Under the pieces are notes generated by a model. It saw nothing but the letters and a program-made list of their open reading frames with translations. It was not told the DNA's origin and ran no database searches. The position numbers and the translations under genes were made by a program. From NCBI GenBank assembly GCA_964636085.1, contig CAZWPQ010000012.1, positions 41,727 to 57,865 of the forward strand: a stretch of 16,139 nucleotides of DNA, written 5' to 3'. This DNA comes from an uncultured Nitrososphaerota archaeon (lineage in GTDB: Archaea > Asgardarchaeota > Njordarchaeia > Njordarchaeales > Panguiarchaeaceae). The stretch's first letter is position 1. Each line of letters begins with the position of its first letter. Shown in pieces: positions 8,772 through 15,917 of the stretch.

Positions 8772-10145
8772 ATGTTTAAATTGAGAAAACTAATGCTTCT
8801 TCAAGCAGCCATAATCACAGTAATACAGGTCTCAAACCAATACATAATCATACCCAACTATAACCTTATCAAGGCCGATCTAGGCCTGTCAGATTTTATA
8901 CTTGGCAGCATGACTGGCCTATACATTTTCCTATTGGGGATATCGACTGTTATATGGTCCTATATTTCGGATGCTACGGGGGTTAGAAGAAAATGGCTTA
9001 TAGTTTTCACCATTTTCATGGGGGGGTTATTCACATATCTTGTTTTTCTGACCGAGAATATAATATTGTTTTTTATCCTTAGGGTTGCGACTGGGTTTTT
9101 CCTTGGTGCGATATTTCCCCTATTCTACAGTATAATTGCTGATTTCTTCGAGAGTGAGAAGAGAACAAGGGCATATATGTTATGGTACATCATTAGCGGC
9201 GTCGGGATGGGGCTTGGCTTCCTCACAAGCGTTTTATTAGGGGCCTATAAGGGCTGGAGATATCCCATTTACCTGAACGCATTAATGTTGCTATTAATTG
9301 GGACCCCCCTATCTCTAGTTCTGATAGAACCAACCAGAGGGATCGCCGATATAATGGAAGTATATGGCCAAGAGAGCGAGTACAAGTATAGGTTCAGTCT
9401 CTCAGATGCAAAAATAATACTAAGCAATAAAAGCAACATATATGTCGCCGTCGAGGAATTTATATCTACGCTTCCCCAAGGAGTACTCGTGGCATGGATT
9501 ACACAATATGTGGTGAGGGAGTTGGTGGCGACAGAGACTGTCGCATTAATATTTTTAGGGTTAGGAATGGTAGGTGGTCTCTTTGGTGTGATAATAGCGT
9601 ATCTAGCTGATGCATTATATGGAAAAAACCCCAGCTATAGGCCAATGATAGCGTCGATTAGTTCATATGCACAGACAATTTTTCTGGTAATATTTTTGTT
9701 ACTGCCAATAAAACTGAATATAACGGATCCAGACCCAGTAAATTCGGTTAAGCGATTCTTCTCGGTCCTAAAGACGAATATACTAGTCCCTATAGCGATA
9801 TTGATGTTCTTCTTTGGAATGATGTTCAATAGCTCCATAGAACCAATAAAGAATAGTGTCATATCAGATATAAATCTGCCTGAACAGAGAGCCATAGTAG
9901 TATCATCCATAAGTACCGCAGAATTGTTCTTCAGATCAGCAGGAATAGCGATAGCAGGACTAATATCCGACTACACGGGTAGCATAAGAATTACACTAAT
10001 AGCATTCATGCTACTATATATACTCGCAGGAAACCTTTGGTTAAATGTTGTAAGACACTACCGGGAAGACATAGAAAAAACAAGACAAAGACTACTAGAA
10101 AGACTAAACAAAACTGGAATCAAAGAGGAAAACCAGTCCCTCTAA
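8772..10145 (+). CDS. MFS transporter, Spinster-like
   Basis: 457 aa, about 12 hydrophobic segments; motif-A variants SYISDATGVRRK and AYLADALYGK; LRVATG; IADFF...R; GWR; EPTRG after TM6. Confidence 0.9.
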   Translation: MFKLRKLMLLQAAIITVIQVSNQYIIIPNYNLIKADLGLSDFILGSMTGLYIFLLGISTVIWSYISDATGVRRKWLIVFTIFMGGLFTYLVFLTENIILFFILRVATGFFLGAIFPLFYSIIADFFESEKRTRAYMLWYIISGVGMGLGFLTSVLLGAYKGWRYPIYLNALMLLLIGTPLSLVLIEPTRGIADIMEVYGQESEYKYRFSLSDAKIILSNKSNIYVAVEEFISTLPQGVLVAWITQYVVRELVATETVALIFLGLGMVGGLFGVIIAYLADALYGKNPSYRPMIASISSYAQTIFLVIFLLLPIKLNITDPDPVNSVKRFFSVLKTNILVPIAILMFFFGMMFNSSIEPIKNSVISDINLPEQRAIVVSSISTAELFFRSAGIAIAGLISDYTGSIRITLIAFMLLYILAGNLWLNVVRHYREDIEKTRQRLLERLNKTGIKEENQSL

Positions 10146-10322
10146 TTCCATGTAGTCCCTCTATTCCCAAGTTTCCTTTCCTTATTACAGCTTTCTCCTT
10201 GCACCGCACTGATTGACAAAAATGAAATTTATTAATTGTAAGGATAAAAGGATGGAATTAAATGTTTTATTCAAAGTTATTTTGGAGTAATGATGGCTGA
10301 AAGTTTTATGTTGGGGGTCTTT

Positions 10323-11114
10323 ATGCTTAGGATCGAGGGCTTGAAAGCTGGCTATGGTGCAGAAACCATTTTGAAAGACATCAGTGTGGTATTCGACAAA
10401 AAAGCCCTTTTGCTCGGCCCAAACGGAGCTGGCAAAACAACACTATTCAGGACAATATGTGGATTAACTAAGAAGCTATCGGGTAGGGTAATGGTTGGGG
10501 ATATAAATATTGATAATGTGAATGGTGTTCCCGGACTTGTCATAACAAATATCGATGAGATCTATCGTCTGATATATTATGTCGATGTCTATCATCTTGC
10601 AGATATGTATCTGGATCTTCTTGGGGGGGACATGGGTATGTTCCTAGAGGTTGTATCCAAGTTTGGTCTTGATGAGAATTTTCTTCACAAAAGAAAGCTA
10701 TTTGAACTATCTGCTGGACAGAAGAAGATTGTTTTGAACGCCATAGCACTATCGACAAAAGCAAAGGTAAAGCTATTTGACGAACCTTTTGAACAGCTAG
10801 ATCCAAAGAGAAAGGACATATTGATTGAATACTTAGAGAATGATGAGAATGTATTGATAGTATCAACCCATGAAACATGGCTAATTAAGAAGCTAAATCC
10901 AGCATCTTGGGATGTAGCCTTCATGTTTGAGGGAAAGATCTATGGTTCTCTTCCCCTAGAAAAATTATTAAATGCATACTTATTTTTTGGGGAGAAGCCC
11001 AACGCTCTGCTTATTGTGAAGACGGACACAGTAACATTCTCTATAACAATGGACCCTGTGGGAAAACCACTAAGCGACATTTTTTCGTTAGACTACATCT
11101 ATAAGCTAGCTTAG
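10323..11114 (+). CDS. ABC transporter ATP-binding protein (exporter type)
   Basis: Walker A GPNGAGKTT, signature LSAGQ, Walker B KLFDEP, H-loop STH. ATG 10323 follows GGGGGT; ATG 10290 is the alternative. Confidence 0.92.
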   Translation: MLRIEGLKAGYGAETILKDISVVFDKKALLLGPNGAGKTTLFRTICGLTKKLSGRVMVGDINIDNVNGVPGLVITNIDEIYRLIYYVDVYHLADMYLDLLGGDMGMFLEVVSKFGLDENFLHKRKLFELSAGQKKIVLNAIALSTKAKVKLFDEPFEQLDPKRKDILIEYLENDENVLIVSTHETWLIKKLNPASWDVAFMFEGKIYGSLPLEKLLNAYLFFGEKPNALLIVKTDTVTFSITMDPVGKPLSDIFSLDYIYKLA

Positions 11115-11122
11115 GTGTGAAT

Positions 11123-11965
11123 ATGAAGAGGATATTCACCCGTTACTTTAAAGTATCATTGCTTCATTATCTGCTCAACCCGTATTTGTGGTTCTGGGCA
11201 ATATTCTTCATGAGTTTCTGGGCGGCCATGGGTGCCTTTGTGTTTTCTAGGGAAACTCCCCCCGCGTATGTACAATATCACTTTGCCGCAATATTTGGGC
11301 AACTACTAATACTTTGTATAGGATCTATAGCTATATCGATAGTTCAGAGTATTTACTATGCTTCATTCTCTATAAGGTTTGTAACAAAATTTAGCAGACT
11401 AAACTCTGGGAGGTTCTATGTGGAGCATTCTCTAAGCACGATATTGGCGCTAATAGTATTTTCACTAATCCTATGGATGCTCCAATTATCATTCTACTTC
11501 ATCAAGTTTAGAGAGATATATCTCCCCAAGAAGCCATTGGGAACAATACTTGCCTTAGTGTTGTCTGCATGTTTTATGTATGTATTCTCAGTATTTATTA
11601 CATACCTCACCATATGTTCGAGAAAAGGGATGATGAGGTCATTTGCGTCCTATATCCCACTAATGCTTAGCTTTGTCGCCTATGCTGGATTCTGGATAGA
11701 CTTCCAAAAACTATGTCCATTCCTACCATTCTACCTAATATCAGCAATCACATACTATTTCTACATGGATCAAAAACCATACACTGGAGATATTATCAAT
11801 AACTTGATATTCCAATCGCATCATGGATATGTCAATAAGGAAGGAATATTAGAGCCGTCACTGGCGATAATCTCTATGATTGCTTGGATTATTATACTTT
11901 CAATATTATCAATATTCCTAATAAAGAAAGCAAGAGGCATAAGCATAGAAGAACTACAATTATGA
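11123..11965 (+). CDS. ABC-2-type permease (about 6 TM helices)
   Basis: Six or seven hydrophobic segments, immediately after the ATPase stop; AGGTG RBS ahead of ATG 11123 (GTG 11117 is the alternative). Confidence 0.8.
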   Translation: MKRIFTRYFKVSLLHYLLNPYLWFWAIFFMSFWAAMGAFVFSRETPPAYVQYHFAAIFGQLLILCIGSIAISIVQSIYYASFSIRFVTKFSRLNSGRFYVEHSLSTILALIVFSLILWMLQLSFYFIKFREIYLPKKPLGTILALVLSACFMYVFSVFITYLTICSRKGMMRSFASYIPLMLSFVAYAGFWIDFQKLCPFLPFYLISAITYYFYMDQKPYTGDIINNLIFQSHHGYVNKEGILEPSLAIISMIAWIIILSILSIFLIKKARGISIEELQL

Positions 11966-12094
11966 ACGATAATTATGTGTCCTAGAAGAAACCAAAGTGA
12001 TAAGAAGCATGTACTGTATTGATCGCGGTATTTTTTATATAAGCCAATTCCCCATAGATGTGCTCTATGTATTATCCCCATATATGTTTTGAAT

Positions 12095-12143
12095 AAAAAA
12101 CTTAAATCTCTTGATTTAATGCATCAGTGAACTACTGGTGCAT
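12095..12143 (+). promoter_or_regulatory. Putative BRE/TATA promoter and 25-bp palindromic operator for the amidotransferase gene
   Basis: AAAAAA-CTTAAAT at ~12095-12107; ATGCATCAGT-GAACT-ACTGGTGCAT at 12119-12143 (9/10 match between arms), covering the GGTG at 12137-12140. Confidence 0.5.
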
Positions 12144-12150
12144 ATGACTG

Positions 12151-13029
12151 ATGTGTAGGTTGTTGGGAATATTAAGCGACAAAAAAATGAAGATAGCGCC
12201 AATATACAAGATGCTGAGTATAGTTCTGAAAATGTTATGTGTTAAATATGGAGAATGTCATGGACACGGTTGCGGGGTTGCTTGGCTATCGGATAACTCA
12301 TGGGTCGTCAGAAAATATGCTCAACCACTCTGGGAGTCCGAAATAATGGAAAACATCATAAGAGAGGTCAAGAGTAAGGCCTATATTATGCATGCTAGGA
12401 AATCTACATTTCCTGTAGACAGCCTTTTGGGTATGCGGGGAGAGAACTCGCACCCTTTCATTCACACCGTAAGAGGGGAACAGTTTGTATTTGCACACAA
12501 TGGTTACGTGGTCTTCGACGAATCAAAAATTAGTGTAAATCCAAGTGAAAAACTCTTAGAGTTTAATGGAAGGAAAGAGTATCTAACTAGTAATGGGACT
12601 GATAGTGAGATCTTCTTTAGGATACTCCTAGCCAGTGTTCTTGATAACGGGTTAAAGGAGCCCGACTGCATTATATGCGCACTGGAGGATATACTCAATG
12701 GGACAATAATTAAAGATTTTAGGGCTATAAACTTTGTGATGGGCAGCGAGAAATACATGTATGCGCTAAGATACTATAACGAAGATTATCCCGATAGTGG
12801 AGCAACCCACACGCTATACTATTTAATGAAAAACCAGCAACATGGATATAAAACTTACGGGGGGCTGTATATCAGTTCGGAGCCATTAACGGGTGACAAA
12901 TGGATAGAGGAAACAAAAAACATTACAGGGGTTCAGGAAGAAAAATGGACTGAGCTTAAAAATCGATACATAATTTATGTTCCTATAGACAATCCCCGCG
13001 AGATACATGTTACTAAACTTCATGTGTGA
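12151..13029 (+). CDS. Class II (Ntn) glutamine amidotransferase, stand-alone YafJ/EgtC-like
   Basis: MCRLLG (Cys2 nucleophile), HARKST, NSHPF, FAHNG, TDSE, INF, SSEPL. Confidence 0.9.
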   Translation: MCRLLGILSDKKMKIAPIYKMLSIVLKMLCVKYGECHGHGCGVAWLSDNSWVVRKYAQPLWESEIMENIIREVKSKAYIMHARKSTFPVDSLLGMRGENSHPFIHTVRGEQFVFAHNGYVVFDESKISVNPSEKLLEFNGRKEYLTSNGTDSEIFFRILLASVLDNGLKEPDCIICALEDILNGTIIKDFRAINFVMGSEKYMYALRYYNEDYPDSGATHTLYYLMKNQQHGYKTYGGLYISSEPLTGDKWIEETKNITGVQEEKWTELKNRYIIYVPIDNPREIHVTKLHV

Positions 13030-13155
13030 ACAGAATCCTAGTGAAAAATAAATTTCTCATAGATAGTTCTTGACATTTTTGTATAAAATTTCTATTCCAA
13101 TTTACTAGTATTTTTGTGGAAAGAAAAAATTATTGGGAATTGGAGGGCCGACATA

Positions 13156-14016
13156 ATGCTTGTTGTGTTTTTGGGTTTGGACAAGGCGGGAAAGACATCA
13201 ATCAAGGTTTATCTTGAAACATTAGATACGGAGAAAGCCAGAAACACTAGGATGAGTAATGGTGTAGAGGCGTATCAGAGGGGTGATGTAAAGTTTGAGG
13301 TTTTTCCGGGACAGTTTGTTCTCAGGATGAATGAGCGTCTTTATGAGGTGTTTTTCCCACATACACACAAGATTGTTTTTACCGTTGATGCGGCCGATAA
13401 AAAGAGGTTTAGTGCCGTGAAGGAATACTGGAGATTTGTCAAGAGGATGATCGAGAAATATTGTGATAGGACACCAAATATCATACTTCTTGCCCATAAG
13501 CAAGACCTAGACGATGCCGTCTCCCCCGCCGAGTTGGAGAAAATAATATTTGACAAGGAGGACTTTTCTAACTACAGCATAGAGACCATAGGTACAAGCA
13601 TTTATGACCCCCTAAGCATGTCTCTACTATTACGTACTATCCATGGGGCCTCTAAGATTGGGATAGAACAGATAGTAGACACATTGAGGGAAAAAACTGG
13701 TAGTGATGTTGCTTTTCTATATGATTCCCATCTATTACCAATAGCGGTCAGCACGAGTGGTAGAGATTCGGAGATAATTACACTAATAAATGACTTAATA
13801 ATCTCCATTGAGAAGATAGGAGAATTGACCATGTTTGCAGGATACTTCAAGGGAAATAGAAACATAGTTGCTGTGAGCGAAAAAATTGGTGAGGATAGGA
13901 TTCTTGTGGGAGTATTTAACTTTAGGGTAAAGCTCAAAGAGGCGCTGGATCTGTGTATGGGTGTGCATAAGCATTACATATCAGAGCTTAGGAGGAGAAT
14001 GTGGGGGGGATGGTAG
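13156..14016 (+). CDS. Rag-like small GTPase with C-terminal roadblock-like domain
   Basis: G1 GLDKAGKTS (13174-13200), G3-like EVFPGQ (13297-13314), G4 HKQD (13495-13506), G5 TSIYD (13594-13608). The ~115-aa C-terminal domain has a helix-beta-beta-helix-beta-beta-beta-helix pattern, starting IEQIVDTLREKTGSDVAFLYD. GGAGG at 13142-13146 supports ATG 13156 over TTG 13114. Confidence 0.85.
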   Translation: MLVVFLGLDKAGKTSIKVYLETLDTEKARNTRMSNGVEAYQRGDVKFEVFPGQFVLRMNERLYEVFFPHTHKIVFTVDAADKKRFSAVKEYWRFVKRMIEKYCDRTPNIILLAHKQDLDDAVSPAELEKIIFDKEDFSNYSIETIGTSIYDPLSMSLLLRTIHGASKIGIEQIVDTLREKTGSDVAFLYDSHLLPIAVSTSGRDSEIITLINDLIISIEKIGELTMFAGYFKGNRNIVAVSEKIGEDRILVGVFNFRVKLKEALDLCMGVHKHYISELRRRMWGGW

Positions 14017-14750
14017 GAATCCTATACACTCTAGCCATAGGCATACTGGGCATAGTAACGGGAATATTAATAGTGCTTGTGTTGTATCTCCTAATTCAGA
14101 AACTAAATCGAAAAAACAGGCTTGCTGAAAGATTAAAAAGACTGTATAGAGAAGGGCCAAAAGTAGAGAAAAGAGTGATAATTTTGGACCCCTATACTAT
14201 TCTCAGGCTTTCTGAGAGCTGGGTAATGGAATCAGACTTATTGGAGCCTGAGCAGGTTTATGCGCTTGAGAGGGTAGGATTTGCGAAAAAAATAGGAAAC
14301 ATTATAATTGCAAATATCGATGCTATAGGGGCCTACATTAATCGTATCAGAAATATACAATTACCTCGCTCGGATACTATTGTGACAGACTATAATGATA
14401 GGCTGGCGGCATATGGAATAATCAGTATAACATTTTTTGGTGTGGATAGTCAGATAGGGCCAGTTTTCAAGTACACTACCGCACTGACCAAGTTGACTAG
14501 GAGGCTTATGGAAGATCAAGAAACCCGGGATAACCTATTCATATTATCTGGCAGAGTAGACGAGCTTATATTGGAGGGATCACGAGTACTTATTCATGAG
14601 ATCAGCGGTGGAGAGAGAGGAATAGAGGGCTATGTAATTGTTGAATTATCCAAGGATGCTGATATAGAAAAAGTGAAAACAAGAATCGCAAGAATAGATA
14701 AAATTCCCTCGTCTACGGAGGAGACAAGGAAATACCTAGAAAAACTATGA
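14001..14750 (+). CDS. Single-pass membrane protein with C-terminal uDENN/longin-like domain
   Basis: N-terminal TM helix followed by a basic segment (positive-inside rule puts the C-terminus in the cytoplasm). The domain from ~14412 starts IISITFFGVDSQIGPVFKY and has an ERG loop at 14613-14621. Overlaps the GTPase stop; GGAGG at 13991-13995; start is GTG 14001 or ATG 14010. The CDS is secure; the fold is inferred. Confidence 0.65.
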   Translation: MGGMVGILYTLAIGILGIVTGILIVLVLYLLIQKLNRKNRLAERLKRLYREGPKVEKRVIILDPYTILRLSESWVMESDLLEPEQVYALERVGFAKKIGNIIIANIDAIGAYINRIRNIQLPRSDTIVTDYNDRLAAYGIISITFFGVDSQIGPVFKYTTALTKLTRRLMEDQETRDNLFILSGRVDELILEGSRVLIHEISGGERGIEGYVIVELSKDADIEKVKTRIARIDKIPSSTEETRKYLEKL

Positions 14751-14803
14751 CAACGGGAGAGGGGTAGGAAAAATATTCCGACCATTTATTTTTATATGGT
14801 TAA

Positions 14804-14826
14804 ATTTCTATATTTCTATGTGGTGA
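14804..14826 (+). promoter_or_regulatory. Tandem 8-bp repeat (possible antitoxin operator) and RBS
   Basis: ATTTCTAT at 14804-14811 and 14812-14819, between a TTTATA box (~14791-14796) and GGTGA (14822-14826). Confidence 0.45.
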
Positions 14827-14832
14827 CATACC

Positions 14833-15090
14833 TTGGCTAGAAAGACAACTATAATGCTTGACGATGATATATACATCAAATTAGTGAATATAAGCATCAA
14901 GAAGTATGGGTCTGCAAGACATCTATCGAAAGTTATAAACGATCTTCTATCAGAAGTCCTAAGAAGACCGAAAAGTAAAATTCCAATGGACGAATTGAGA
15001 GAACTACTCTCTGGCCCAAGCCTTGCAGAGGTTACACCCGAGGAATTTGAGGAATTTCGTAAAGACCTTTCAAAAAGGTTTGAATCATGA
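14833..15090 (+). CDS. vapB: VapB-type antitoxin (ribbon-helix-helix)
   Basis: RKTTIMLDDDIY ... LSKVINDLL pattern, acidic C-terminus, ATGA overlap with the PIN gene. Confidence 0.82.
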   Translation: MARKTTIMLDDDIYIKLVNISIKKYGSARHLSKVINDLLSEVLRRPKSKIPMDELRELLSGPSLAEVTPEEFEEFRKDLSKRFES

Positions 15091-15557
15091 TTATCGATAC
15101 TACTTACTTGCTACCTTTAGCGAAAATAAATATTCCAACTAATCTTTTTAATGCAATTCTACAGAAAAAAGTAGACATCAGTATATACGATTTATCCACA
15201 AGCCTTATATCGATCTTCGAGCTCCAAGCAAAAGCAGCAAAATTGGGAATCCCGCATAAATATGTTTCGAAGGCTATAAGATTCATAATGAAATACTTGA
15301 ATGTAATTGATTTTTGGGATGAAGTCATAATAAATATTAGCTTTGATCTACGAAAAATACTACCCGACTACATTGACTGCGTAATAGTCGCAACAGCAAT
15401 AAAATGTGGAGATGTGCTTCTAACAGAGGACTCCAGAATCCACAAAGCCAAAAAGCATATCCACAAAAGCTACGGGATAAAAATAATGGATTATAATCAA
15501 CTTTTAAAAGAACGCCGGCAATACTGGACAAAACCAAACAAAGAACATGAAAAATAG
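15087..15557 (+). CDS. vapC: VapC PIN-domain ribonuclease toxin
   Basis: MIIDTTYLLP ... ISIFEL ... DYIDCVIVATA ... LLTED; acidic residues intact. Confidence 0.9.
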   Translation: MIIDTTYLLPLAKINIPTNLFNAILQKKVDISIYDLSTSLISIFELQAKAAKLGIPHKYVSKAIRFIMKYLNVIDFWDEVIINISFDLRKILPDYIDCVIVATAIKCGDVLLTEDSRIHKAKKHIHKSYGIKIMDYNQLLKERRQYWTKPNKEHEK

Positions 15558-15562
15558 CAAAA

Positions 15563-15917
15563 TCAAAATTCTTTATTATTAGTCCAGATTATGGCGTTTA
15601 GCTCTAGTGCCAATGCTATAAATGGGTAATCATCTAGGTCAAAATTTATAGCTATTTGTTTTGCCTCATCAATGGCGCGCCGATTAGTTATTTCTATGAG
15701 TCTGAGCTCGAGAAGAATAACATTAGAATAGTATGTAGTTAAAGATCTCCTGATCGAGACCAACTCTTCTGCAAATCTCATCCTGATACTCCTTAATTTC
15801 ATCTATAGCATAGCTAAGCGTGAAGAAATCTACTGGAGCTAACATCAGAAGTCGACGAGTTTTTTCGACTTTCAGTGTAGCTGCAAGAAGCTTATTGGTG
15901 TCCACTACCACCCTCAA
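15563..15917 (-). pseudogene. vapC: Frameshifted PIN-domain toxin
   Basis: The N-terminal half MRVVVDTNKL...AIDEI (15917-15723) and C-terminal half DLDDYPFIALALELNAIIWTN (to 15563) are in different frames. Removing one base near 15725 joins them as ...YILF-NVILLEL.... Confidence 0.85.

Noticed and set aside
12144-12158. Four-codon uORF MTDV overlapping the amidotransferase start
   Set aside because: Expected by chance; the Cys2 requirement fixes the real start at 12151.
13114-13155. N-terminal extension MWKEKIIGNWRADI as an Arf-like amphipathic helix
   Set aside because: GGAGG sits inside it at a suitable spacing for ATG 13156, and TTG 13114 has no RBS. A leaderless start is not fully excluded.
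13990-14016. RRRMWGGW tail as a membrane-binding motif of the GTPase
   Set aside because: Adequately explained by the overlapping RBS and start of the next gene.
9635-15537. Remaining minus-strand ORFs (e.g. 10540-10878, 11821-12081, 13602-13937, 15337-15537)
   Set aside because: Antisense shadows without motifs; 15337-15537 does not supply the missing PIN C-terminus.
15715-15735. Programmed frameshift in the third PIN gene
   Set aside because: No slippery heptamer or homopolymer at the junction, and additional lesions point to decay.
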